Shown: positions 9,296-17,348, counted from the first letter of the stretch. The stretch is 32,000 nt of DNA from Flavobacteriaceae bacterium (GCA_965224465.1 OZ245049.1:4200001-4232000); one strand, 5' to 3'. Notes: generated by a model from the letters alone, not told the origin. A program made the numbers and translations.

Positions 9296-10144
9296 GTGTC
9301 TAATCCAATGTACATGAAGTTTTTAAAAAAAATTGACATTTTGTTCTTTAGTTTTATCCTTTTAACATCACTTCTTTTATTGTTGTCTTGGAGGACATGT
9401 TCAAATATGGGTGAACTGTTCAGTATTAGAGTCTGCATTGTTGGTGTTGCTATGGCACTCATATATTTTCAAACAAAATTTAAAAACCCACTCTTGGGCT
9501 TGCTTCGAAATGTGTATCCAATTGTTTTTAGTGGTTATTTATATGCGGAAACTGTTTTTTATAATAAGTTACTATTCGATAATCTAGATCCATTGCTTGA
9601 GAAATATGAATTGTTGGTTTTTGGGTTTCAGCCAAGCATCATTTTTTCAACTACTTTTAATAGTATGTTATTTAGTGAGCTCATGTATTTTGGGTATTTT
9701 TCTTTTTACCTTTTAATTATCGGATTTATTTTGTGTGTTTATTTTAAAAATAACAGTCATTTTCTAAAAACAATGTTTTTGTTGAGTTCTTCGTTGTATC
9801 TGTTTTATTTTATTTTCGGAATTTTTCCTGCTATGGGACCACAATTTTATTTTGACTTTCCTCAAAAACAGTTACCTCAAGCATATTTTTTTGACAAGAT
9901 CATGCATTTTATACAGGATGGAGGCGAGCAACCTACAGGAGCTTTTCCTAGTTCTCATGTTGGGATTTCACTCATTATTTTAGGGCTGGCAAAAAAAGTA
10001 GCTCCTTTGTTTTTTAAAATTGCGATTCCTTTTACTATTATTCTTGTGATGTCTACGGTTTATATTAAAGCACATTATTTACTAGATGTTGTTGCCGCTG
10101 TATTAATTGCTCCGTTTATTTTATGGCTATCGGAAAAAATATAA
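9296..10144 (+). CDS. PAP2-superfamily polytopic membrane protein, inositol-phosphorylceramide / sphingomyelin-synthase-like
   Basis: FPSSHVGISL (PSGH-type C2 motif) and STVYIKAHYLLDVVAAVLIAPF (HYxxDV C3/D4 motif). I found no KxxxxxxRP C1 motif, as in lipid phosphotransferases of the SMS/AUR1 type. About 6 TM helices. The start is uncertain: GTG 9296, ATG 9308 or ATG 9314. Confidence 0.7.
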   Translation: MSNPMYMKFLKKIDILFFSFILLTSLLLLLSWRTCSNMGELFSIRVCIVGVAMALIYFQTKFKNPLLGLLRNVYPIVFSGYLYAETVFYNKLLFDNLDPLLEKYELLVFGFQPSIIFSTTFNSMLFSELMYFGYFSFYLLIIGFILCVYFKNNSHFLKTMFLLSSSLYLFYFIFGIFPAMGPQFYFDFPQKQLPQAYFFDKIMHFIQDGGEQPTGAFPSSHVGISLIILGLAKKVAPLFFKIAIPFTIILVMSTVYIKAHYLLDVVAAVLIAPFILWLSEKI

Positions 10145-10158
10145 GCTTGTGCAGCTAG

Positions 10159-10318
10159 TAATACCAAACACATTTCCAAGTGACGGTTTAGAAATGTAAT
10201 TGTTTTTTGTTTTAGCTAGGCAGAAAAAGGAAGGATAGCTTAGTTATTGTTCTGTTTTTTAACAACGCTAGAACGTGAAATAAACTGTTTATAACGGTTG
10301 TCTTGGGTTGTAATTGGT
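10159..10318 (+). repeat. ~160-bp conserved intergenic element, copy 1
   Basis: Starts TAATACCA 15 nt after the PAP2 stop. Carries the invariant blocks TTTTTGTTTTAGCTA, GTTCTGTTTTTTAACAACGCTAGAACGT and TTGTAATTG, and the inverted repeats CATTTC/GAAATG (10171-10196) and TGTTCT/AGAACG (10248-10275). Confidence 0.9.
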
Positions 10319-10366
10319 TTAAAAGTTAAATATAAGATTTGGTAAAAGGCTTTTCTATGAAAAACC

Positions 10367-10374
10367 TATATTTG
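10367..10374 (+). promoter_or_regulatory. Bacteroidota -7 box (TATATTTG) upstream of the fucosidase gene
   Basis: Exact TAnnTTTG match 73 nt upstream of ATG 10447. Motif only. Confidence 0.4.
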
Positions 10375-10446
10375 TGATGAATCAATTGAATGTCAACCAA
10401 AAGTTGTGTTTGTACTTAAAATTCAGCTTTAATTTACTCTGTTTAT

Positions 10447-12678
10447 ATGAAAATCACAATACCGTTTATTTTTATGGCTTACCTATTGGTTTCTTGTGGG
10501 AATTCCGAGGAACTAAAAAAAGAAGTAAATAGCACCGAAGTTGTACTAGCTTCAGACAGTAAAGAAGCTATTATTTTTAAGGCGGCGCATACTGTTCCTA
10601 CAGCGAATCAATACAATGCGTTAAAAAATGAATTTATCGCCTTTATTCATTTTGGACCTAATACATTCACGCGTTTGGAATGGGGGACTGGGATGGAAGA
10701 CCCAGCGGTTTTTGATCTCAAAAACTTAGATACAGACCAGTGGTGTAAAGCTATGAAGTCTGCGGGGATAAAAATGGTGGTGTTTACTGCGAAACATCAC
10801 GATGGTTTTACTTTGTGGCAATCACGTTATACAAAACAGGGTGTTATGTCTTCTCCGTTTAAAAATGGAAAAGGAGATGTTATGAAAGCGTTGTCAGAAT
10901 CCTGTCACAAATTTGGATTAAAACTAGGAGTGTATTTGTCTCCTGCAGATTTATATCAGATAGAAAATAAAAACGGTTTGTATGGGAATTTAAGTAAACC
11001 TACCGAAAGAATTATTCCAAGACCAGTAGCAGGTCGTCCGTTTAAAAATAAAACGACTTTTAAATTTAAGGTAGATGATTATAATGAGTATTTTTTAAAT
11101 CAATTGTTTGAATTATTGACGGAATATGGGCCTATTTATGAAGTTTGGTTTGATGGAGCGCATCCAAAGAGAAAAGGAGGGCAGGAATATGATTATTTGG
11201 CATGGAAAAAATTAATTTCGACCCTGGCACCAGAAGCTGTTGTTTTTGGGAAACAAGATATTAGGTGGTGTGGGAATGAATCAGGTAAAACAAGAGCTAC
11301 GGAATGGAATATTATTCCTTTTCAGGAAGATCCAAGTCAAATGAATCGTTTTCCAGACCTCACTGGCGAATCTATTGGAAGTCGTAAAGAATTGTATGCT
11401 GCTAAATACCTCCATTATCAGTTTGCGGAAATAAATACCTCCATTAGGGAAGGTTGGTTTTATAGAGATGATACAAGACAAAAAGTACGTAATGCTGACG
11501 ATGTTTTTGATATTTATGAGCGCTCTGTAGGCGGGAATGCAGTTTTTTTGTTAAATATCCCACCAAATAGGGGTGGTAAGTTTTCGGAGGAGGATGTTGC
11601 AGTGTTAGAGGAGGTTGGGAAACGTATAAAAGAAACGTATGGAACAGATCTCTTTCTTGATGCCAAAGGCCCCGAAAAGGTGTTGGATCAGGACGAACTT
11701 AGTTTTGAACTGTTAAAAGATGAAAATCGGACTATAATAATAACAACACCTACTAAAATCACCATCAACCGCTTGTCTATTCAAGAAGCAATTAGCACGC
11801 ATAGTGAAAGGGTTGAGGAGCATGCTGTAGATGCTTGGTTAGAGGGGGCATGGAAAGAAATAGCAACAGGGACTAATGTGGGGTATAAGAAGGTTTTAAG
11901 ATTCCCTGAGGTAACTTCTAATATGTTTAGATTTAGAGTGACTAAGGCGCGTTTACAGCCTGCGATTGCGAAGATATCGGCACATTATTACAAGACAAGG
12001 CCTCCTCAATTGCTTATCTCAAGAAATAGAGAGGGCGTGCTTGTTATTACATCAAAAAAACATGATTTTAGTTGGAAGCCTCATGGAGAGGATGTGTTTG
12101 GGAACTTGCATGAGGGTTTTGAAATTAGATTTACATTAGATGGGACTTCTCCTTCAGAGAACGCAAATTTATTTGAGGGGGCTATTGTTGTTGAGTCAAA
12201 AGTAGTAAAAGCTGTAGCTATTGAAAAAGGACGTTTGGGAGGTGTGGCATCGGTTGATTTTGGATTGATAAAAAAGGAATGGAATGTATTGGACGTTGAT
12301 AGTGAAAGTGCAAAACATTTAAAGAATTTTGCTATTGATGAAAATCCAGAGACATACTGGGAAAGTGATTCAAAAGCAGGTTCTCATTATATAGCTGTTG
12401 ATTTGGGAGAGATTCATGCAGTTAAAGGGTTTTCTTATACACCTCAAACAGAAAATCAAGGAGGTATGATGGAGCAGGGTAGAATTTATACGAGTGTAGA
12501 TGGACGGGTGTGGAAAGTAATAGGAGATTTTGAGTTTGGTAACTTAATCAATGACCCTGTTAAGAGAAGGTATGATTTTAAGTCCAGCCTAGAAACGAGG
12601 TATCTTAAAATTGAATCAAAAACCATTGCAGGAGGGAAGAAGACAGTAGCGATTGCTGAATTGGGCTTTTATGAATAA
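10447..12678 (+). CDS. GH29 alpha-L-fucosidase lipoprotein with C-terminal F5/8 type C (discoidin) carbohydrate-binding domain
   Basis: Lipobox LLVSC. GH29 core FIHFGPNTFT..EWGTG...DQWCKAMKSAGIKMVVFTAKHHDGFTLWQSRYT. The C-terminus FAIDENPETYWESD...HYIAVDLGE...RYLKIES is discoidin-like. Confidence 0.85.
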   Translation: MKITIPFIFMAYLLVSCGNSEELKKEVNSTEVVLASDSKEAIIFKAAHTVPTANQYNALKNEFIAFIHFGPNTFTRLEWGTGMEDPAVFDLKNLDTDQWCKAMKSAGIKMVVFTAKHHDGFTLWQSRYTKQGVMSSPFKNGKGDVMKALSESCHKFGLKLGVYLSPADLYQIENKNGLYGNLSKPTERIIPRPVAGRPFKNKTTFKFKVDDYNEYFLNQLFELLTEYGPIYEVWFDGAHPKRKGGQEYDYLAWKKLISTLAPEAVVFGKQDIRWCGNESGKTRATEWNIIPFQEDPSQMNRFPDLTGESIGSRKELYAAKYLHYQFAEINTSIREGWFYRDDTRQKVRNADDVFDIYERSVGGNAVFLLNIPPNRGGKFSEEDVAVLEEVGKRIKETYGTDLFLDAKGPEKVLDQDELSFELLKDENRTIIITTPTKITINRLSIQEAISTHSERVEEHAVDAWLEGAWKEIATGTNVGYKKVLRFPEVTSNMFRFRVTKARLQPAIAKISAHYYKTRPPQLLISRNREGVLVITSKKHDFSWKPHGEDVFGNLHEGFEIRFTLDGTSPSENANLFEGAIVVESKVVKAVAIEKGRLGGVASVDFGLIKKEWNVLDVDSESAKHLKNFAIDENPETYWESDSKAGSHYIAVDLGEIHAVKGFSYTPQTENQGGMMEQGRIYTSVDGRVWKVIGDFEFGNLINDPVKRRYDFKSSLETRYLKIESKTIAGGKKTVAIAELGFYE

Positions 12679-12835
12679 TACCATTACATTTCCAAGTGAA
12701 GGTTTAGAAATGGAATTATTTTTTGTTTTAGCTAGACGAAAAACGGAAGGATAGCCTTTGTTATCGTTCTGTTTTTTAACAACGCTAAAACGTAAAATAA
12801 ACTATTTCTATCGGTCATTTTGGATTGTAATTGGT
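12676..12835 (+). repeat. ~160-bp conserved intergenic element, copy 2
   Basis: The element's first TAA is the fucosidase stop codon (12676-12678). Same blocks as copy 1: CATTTC/GAAATG at 12687-12712 and CGTTCT/AAAACG at 12765-12792. Confidence 0.9.
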
Positions 12836-12869
12836 GTAATAACCTGTAAATGAAATAGAATTATTTAAA

Positions 12870-12906
12870 ACCGATGCGTAGGTAGCTGTGCATCGGTATT
12901 TCTTTA
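12870..12906 (+). terminator. Candidate intrinsic terminator downstream of fucosidase and repeat copy 2
   Basis: ACCGATGC (12-nt loop) GCATCGGT followed by ATTTCTTTAT. TTTAAAA on the 5' side would also give a U-run on the minus strand. Confidence 0.5.
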
Positions 12907-12934
12907 TACGGTATTCAACATGTGGTATTACTGT

Positions 12935-12970
12935 AAAATAAAAATCCCACACTAATAAAAGTATGGGATT
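12935..12970 (-). terminator. Intrinsic terminator after tRNA-Phe copy A
   Basis: On the minus strand: AATCCCATA-loop-TGTGGGATT followed by TTTTTATTTT. Confidence 0.7.
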
Positions 12971-12972
12971 TG

Positions 12973-13048
12973 TGGTGGTACCTCCAGGAATCGAACCAGG
13001 GACACATGGATTTTCAGTCCATTGCTCTACCAACTGAGCTAAGGTACC
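12973..13048 (-). tRNA. tRNA-Phe (anticodon GAA), copy A
   Basis: The reverse complement reads GGTACCT TA GCTC AGTTGGTA GAGC A ATGGA CTGAAAA TCCAT GTGTC CCTGG TTCGATT CCAGG AGGTACC A CCA. This is a full 76-nt cloverleaf with T-loop TTCGATT and an encoded CCA. Confidence 0.95.
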
Positions 13049-13070
13049 TAACACTGCCGTTAAGCGGTTG

Positions 13071-13078
13071 CAAATATA
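13071..13078 (-). promoter_or_regulatory. -7 box (TATATTTG on the minus strand) for tRNA-Phe copy A
   Basis: Exact TAnnTTTG 23 nt upstream of the mature tRNA 5' end. It is duplicated with the tRNA unit. Confidence 0.5.
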
Positions 13079-13156
13079 AGCGCTTATCTGAATATAGCAA
13101 TAGAAAAACGAGGTTTTTTTTGTTTTTTTTATAAGGTGTTGAAACTCATGTAAAAG

Positions 13157-13189
13157 CAAAAAATCCCACACTAATAAAAGTATGGGATT
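13157..13189 (-). terminator. Intrinsic terminator after tRNA-Phe copy B
   Basis: Identical hairpin to 12943-12970, followed by a U-run (minus strand). Confidence 0.7.
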
Positions 13190-13191
13190 TG

Positions 13192-13267
13192 TGGTGGTAC
13201 CTCCAGGAATCGAACCAGGGACACATGGATTTTCAGTCCATTGCTCTACCAACTGAGCTAAGGTACC
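13192..13267 (-). tRNA. tRNA-Phe (anticodon GAA), copy B
   Basis: Sequence identical to copy A, offset by 219 bp. Confidence 0.95.
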
Positions 13268-13289
13268 TAACACTGCTGTTAAGCGGTTG

Positions 13290-13297
13290 CAAATATA
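13290..13297 (-). promoter_or_regulatory. -7 box (TATATTTG on the minus strand) for tRNA-Phe copy B
   Basis: Same motif and spacing as copy A. Confidence 0.5.
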
Positions 13298-13344
13298 AAA
13301 GCTTTTTTCTTATTAAACCTAGTGTTTTTGAAAAAATGTATTCG

Positions 13345-13352
13345 TATTTTTG
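13345..13352 (+). promoter_or_regulatory. -7 box (TATTTTTG) upstream of coaX
   Basis: Exact TAnnTTTG 20 nt upstream of ATG 13372. Confidence 0.45.
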
Positions 13353-13371
13353 GTAAATATTATTTAGAAGA

Positions 13372-14094
13372 ATGAATTTAATAATTGATGTAGGTAATAC
13401 ACGAATTAAGATTGCTGTTTTTCAGAGAGATGCCATTTTAATGAAGGAGGTAGTTGCTGAGGAATTTTTTTTAGAAAAAATTAAAAAAGTTATAAAAAAA
13501 TACAATTGCAGACAAGGAATCATATCTTCTGTAGGTTTTTTTGATAAAAACACGCTGAAAGAGGTACAAACTTTGATTCCGATGATCCTACTTTCGCATG
13601 CCTTAGATTTTCCTTTTAAGAATTTGTACACCACACCTCAAACCTTGGGGGTTGATCGTTTGGCATTAATTGCAGCCGCGGCTAAAATATATCCTCATAA
13701 AAATGTATTGGTGATAGACGCAGGTACCTGCATTACTTATGATTTTATTTCAAGTTCAAATGAGTATTTAGGAGGGAGTATTTCCTTAGGTTTAGAAATG
13801 CGTTTTAATGCATTACATACATTTACGACTAAATTACCGCGTGTAAAATCGTCTTTAAAACCTATTTTAATAGGGAATAGTACCCAAACATCTATACAAA
13901 GTGGAGTCGAAAACGGATTAATTCAAGAAATTTCGGGTTTTATTTTACAATATCAAGCTAAATTTCAGGAATTAACAATTGTTTTAACAGGAGGAGACTT
14001 AAATTTCTTGTCTAAAAGATTAAAAAATAGCATATTTGCCAATCCTAATTTTCTAATTAGGGGGTTAAACATAATATTGACACATAATAAATAA
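13372..14094 (+). CDS. coaX: Type III pantothenate kinase
   Basis: MNLIIDVGNTRIKIAVF (ASKHA phosphate-1 motif), LGVDRL, VIDAGTCITYD, LTGGD. Confidence 0.9.
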   Translation: MNLIIDVGNTRIKIAVFQRDAILMKEVVAEEFFLEKIKKVIKKYNCRQGIISSVGFFDKNTLKEVQTLIPMILLSHALDFPFKNLYTTPQTLGVDRLALIAAAAKIYPHKNVLVIDAGTCITYDFISSSNEYLGGSISLGLEMRFNALHTFTTKLPRVKSSLKPILIGNSTQTSIQSGVENGLIQEISGFILQYQAKFQELTIVLTGGDLNFLSKRLKNSIFANPNFLIRGLNIILTHNK

Positions 14095-14096
14095 CA

Positions 14097-15380
14097 ATGA
14101 CCAAAAAAATATTCCTGGTGTTTTTCGTTCTTATAACGACAAATAACTTCGCGCAAAAAAGCAATGTATCTGCTTATTCCTTTTTTGGAATAGGAGATGA
14201 GAGCTCTTCAAAAACAGTTGAACAGGTAAGTATGGGAGGTGTAAATGTGGCATTTTCTGATTTTTATCACTTGACATTTTCAAATCCAGCAGGATTGGCA
14301 TCCCTTCGCTTAACAAATTATTCTTTTGGTTTAAAAAACCAAAACATGTCTGTAAAGAATGCTACGAAGAGACAAAGTGCCTCTGTTTCTAATATTTCTT
14401 ATTTGGCTGTAGGAATTCCACTTGGTAAAATTGGAGGAATGGCTTTTGGTATAATTCCGAATTCATCTGTTGGCTATTCATTACAATCAAATGAATTGGA
14501 TACTGATGGGGAAATTTCGAAAGCTACATTGTTTTCTGGAGAAGGAGGGACGAGTAAAATATTTTTAGGAGCAGGTTTTAACGTTTTTAAAGGTTTGAAA
14601 CTTGGAATCCAAGGAGAGTATGTGTTTGGTAAAATCGAAAAAAATGTTTTGACCCAAGTTAAGAATGTGAGTAGAGCTACCAAATACGAAGTTGTAACAA
14701 ATGTATCTGGAATAAGTTTTAAAATTGGAGCTCAATATAAAAGGAAATTGAAAGACAAGCTTTATATTAGCGCCGGATTAATAGCTGCTTTGGGAAATGA
14801 AGTGAAGTCAAAAGGAGATGAGTATTTGTACTCTGTGGTTCTTTCTTCTACCGAAGTTGCGAAGGATACTATTTTAAATCAAAAAATCACTAGCTATTTT
14901 AACAAACCTCTAAAAACGAGTATTGGTGTTGGAATGGGAGAGGATAATAAATGGTTTCTAGGTGCGGATTATAGCTTTAGAAGTAAAGTTACCTTTTCTG
15001 GAGACTTAGAAAAAACGAACTCGAAATTAAGATATTCCAACTCAAGTAACATAGCTTTAGGAGGATTTTATATTCCTAAATTTAATTCTATTTCTAGTTA
15101 CTGGGATAGAGTGGCATATAGAGCTGGAGTGAAATTAGAGAATAACGGATTGATGTTTAATACGTCTAAAACGGCAGGCTCATTTACAGAGATTAGGGAT
15201 TTTGGCATGTCTTTTGGAGTAGGGTTACCAATCGGGAACAAACTGTCAGGTATAAATATTGGAGTTGAAATTGGAAAAAGAGGGACGACCTCAAATGGTT
15301 TGATAGAAGAAAATTACTTTAATTTTAACTTGAGTCTTTCGTTGACTGACAAGTGGTTTAAAAAACGAGAAATATTTTAA
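14097..15380 (+). CDS. Outer-membrane beta-barrel protein, uncharacterised (FadL/PorV-like pattern)
   Basis: Signal peptide ending NNFAQ. Alternating beta-strand pattern, SMGG...NPAGLA near the N-terminus, and a C-terminal ...KKREIF (terminal Phe). No specific family recognised. Confidence 0.6.
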   Translation: MTKKIFLVFFVLITTNNFAQKSNVSAYSFFGIGDESSSKTVEQVSMGGVNVAFSDFYHLTFSNPAGLASLRLTNYSFGLKNQNMSVKNATKRQSASVSNISYLAVGIPLGKIGGMAFGIIPNSSVGYSLQSNELDTDGEISKATLFSGEGGTSKIFLGAGFNVFKGLKLGIQGEYVFGKIEKNVLTQVKNVSRATKYEVVTNVSGISFKIGAQYKRKLKDKLYISAGLIAALGNEVKSKGDEYLYSVVLSSTEVAKDTILNQKITSYFNKPLKTSIGVGMGEDNKWFLGADYSFRSKVTFSGDLEKTNSKLRYSNSSNIALGGFYIPKFNSISSYWDRVAYRAGVKLENNGLMFNTSKTAGSFTEIRDFGMSFGVGLPIGNKLSGINIGVEIGKRGTTSNGLIEENYFNFNLSLSLTDKWFKKREIF

Positions 15381-15396
15381 GAATATAAAATAGAGA

Positions 15397-16752
15397 ATGA
15401 TGAAAAAAATTACACAAATTGTATTAGGCTTGATGATACTCCTTTCTGTAAGTTCAATTATTGGACAGTCACAGGATTGTAACATTAAGTACAACTTATT
15501 TAAAGGAGATTATAAAGCAAAAAAGTATGATGCTGCTTATGATAACTGGTTATGGGTTATGGATAGTTGTCCTACATTGTCGGTGAATATTTATAAGTAT
15601 GGTCTTAAAATTGCACAATATAAATTAAAAAATGCCGCAGACGCAGACAAGGAAACTTGTAAAGCTATGGTTATGCGTGTTTTTGAACAGAGAATGGAGC
15701 ATTTTCCTAAAAACTTGGCAAAAACCTATGACAATATAGCAACCTTTAAAAAAGGACAGGGTGCTTCTGAAGATGAAGTATTTAAATATTTGAAGATGGC
15801 GTATAAAGCAGATGTTACCAGTATGTCTGTTAAAAATATATACTCTTATTTCGATATCATATTAAAACAAAATAAAGACACAAATCCTCAGGTTGTTTTT
15901 GATTCTTATGATGATATTTTAGACGGTATTGAAAAGAAAAGAAATAGTTATTTAGCAAAAAGAGTTCCATTACAAGCAAGAGTGGATGCTGGAGAAAAGT
16001 TGAGTGCCAAAGATGCTAAAAAACTTAGAATTTACAATCAAATAGTAAATAACTTAGGTATTGCAGAAACAGGATTGGATCAAAAATTATCCGCTATTGC
16101 TACTTGTGAACGTTTAATCCCTTTGTATAAAAGAGATATTGAAGCAAATAAAGGAAATGGTCAATGGTTGAAAAGAGCAGTGTCTCGTATGTATAACAAA
16201 GGATGTAAAGAAGATCCGTTCTACGAAACGTTGGTAGAAGCTTATGTGGCTGCAGCACCATCACCAGATGCTTCTGTATTTTATGCAGGAATCTTGTTGA
16301 AAAAAGGGAATACTGCCAAAGCAATGGAGTATTACAAACAAGCCGTGGATCAAGAGTCGGATTCATTTAAGAAAGCGAAGTATTTGTATAAAATTGCACA
16401 GTCGTTGAGACAGAAAGGTCAGTACGGTAAAGCAAGAACATATGCAAATAGAGCCTTAGGATTTAATCCAAGCATGGGGAAAGCATATTTGTTAATATCA
16501 GGAATGTACGCAAAAAGTGCAAATAGATGTGGAAATAATGAGTTTGAGAAAAGAATGGTGTATGTTGCGGCATTAAATAAAGCCAGAAGAGCAAAAGTGG
16601 TAGATCCAAGTGTTTCTTCTGCAGCCAATCGTCATATTAGAAGTTATGCTTCTCAAATTCCAACTACAAAATTGATTTTTCAATTGGGTAAAAAATCTGG
16701 AGGAACGTATAGAATTGGATGTTGGATTGGTGAAACAGTTCGCATACCGTAA
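15397..16752 (+). CDS. Secreted tetratricopeptide-repeat-like protein
   Basis: Signal peptide, then an all-helical protein with TPR-like segments (NTAKAMEYYKQAV, GQYGKARTYANRALGFNPSMGKAY). Confidence 0.65.
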   Translation: MMKKITQIVLGLMILLSVSSIIGQSQDCNIKYNLFKGDYKAKKYDAAYDNWLWVMDSCPTLSVNIYKYGLKIAQYKLKNAADADKETCKAMVMRVFEQRMEHFPKNLAKTYDNIATFKKGQGASEDEVFKYLKMAYKADVTSMSVKNIYSYFDIILKQNKDTNPQVVFDSYDDILDGIEKKRNSYLAKRVPLQARVDAGEKLSAKDAKKLRIYNQIVNNLGIAETGLDQKLSAIATCERLIPLYKRDIEANKGNGQWLKRAVSRMYNKGCKEDPFYETLVEAYVAAAPSPDASVFYAGILLKKGNTAKAMEYYKQAVDQESDSFKKAKYLYKIAQSLRQKGQYGKARTYANRALGFNPSMGKAYLLISGMYAKSANRCGNNEFEKRMVYVAALNKARRAKVVDPSVSSAANRHIRSYASQIPTTKLIFQLGKKSGGTYRIGCWIGETVRIP

Positions 16753-16771
16753 ATAGAACCAAAAAAAATAA

Positions 16772-16779
16772 TATATTTG
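16772..16779 (+). promoter_or_regulatory. -7 box (TATATTTG) upstream of the lptC-like gene
   Basis: Exact TAnnTTTG. It lies only 5 nt before ATG 16784, which favours ATG 16799 as the real start. Confidence 0.4.
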
Positions 16780-16783
16780 TTGT

Positions 16784-17347
16784 ATGACAATAAACGTTAT
16801 GCATATCTTAAAGAGTATTGCTACCCTATTTATGGTGGCAATACTTTTTTCGTGTAAGAACAATGCAAAAGAAGTTCAGGATTTCTTAGCAGATAAAAAC
16901 CTTCCGATCGGAATTACAGAAAAAGTACATTTTGTTCACACGGATTCGGCAAGGGTAACAATGAAATTGTATTCATTGTTAATGTACGATTTTAGCAATA
17001 GGAAAGCGCATCCCTATTTTGAATTCCCCAAAGGAATTAAGATTACTACATTGGAGAAAAATGGAGACTCTGTTACTATTGCAGGAGGCTATGCTTTGCG
17101 CTACCTTAAAACCCGCGTTTCTGAAATAAAAGAACATGTAGTGATTCGGAATTATAAAAAAAAATTACGATTAGAAACTTCTCAATTGTATTGGGATGAG
17201 AATACTAATTATTTTTTTACAGATGTAGCGTTTACTTTTTATACGCAATTGGACACCATAAAAGGGGTTGGATTTGAGTCAAAAGATGATTTGAGCGAGA
17301 GTTGGGTGAAAGATTTAAGAGGAAAAGCAACTATTGAAACAGAATAA
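16784..17347 (+). CDS. lptC: LPS export periplasmic protein LptC-like lipoprotein
   Basis: Lipobox ILFSC, ~185 aa, beta-rich, with LETSQLYWDENTNYFFTDV...IKGVGFES. It sits before the CNNM/ppiD block, as is typical in Bacteroidota. The true start may be ATG 16799. Confidence 0.55.
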   Translation: MTINVMHILKSIATLFMVAILFSCKNNAKEVQDFLADKNLPIGITEKVHFVHTDSARVTMKLYSLLMYDFSNRKAHPYFEFPKGIKITTLEKNGDSVTIAGGYALRYLKTRVSEIKEHVVIRNYKKKLRLETSQLYWDENTNYFFTDVAFTFYTQLDTIKGVGFESKDDLSESWVKDLRGKATIETE

Positions 17348-17348
17348 T

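Larger units (their letters stand above)
12941..13298 (-). repeat. Tandem duplication of a complete promoter-tRNA-Phe-terminator unit (2 x 139 bp, period 219 bp)
   Basis: 12941-13079 and 13160-13298 are identical except for one C/T difference (13057 vs 13276). Confidence 0.9.

Noticed and set aside
12709-12753. Short ORF starting at the conserved ATG inside the 160-bp element (MELFFVLAR... in copies 2 and 3, MGLVFVLAKR in copy 4)
   Set aside because: In copy 1 the same ATG is followed immediately by TAA, and peptide lengths differ in every copy. Conservation is at the nucleotide level rather than the codon level, so I treat it as non-coding.
10159-12835. Fucosidase module as a composite transposon
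   Set aside because: There is no transposase or integrase, the flanking copies are direct rather than inverted, and I could see no target-site duplication. I kept it only as a recombination or cassette hypothesis in the findings.
12815-13273. 152-aa minus-strand ORF with an internal repeat (LGTLAQLVEQWTENPCVPGSIPGGTTTNPILLLVWDF twice)
   Set aside because: It is the translation of the two tRNA-Phe genes and their terminators. The repeated peptide simply reflects the 219-bp tandem duplication, so it is not a protein gene.
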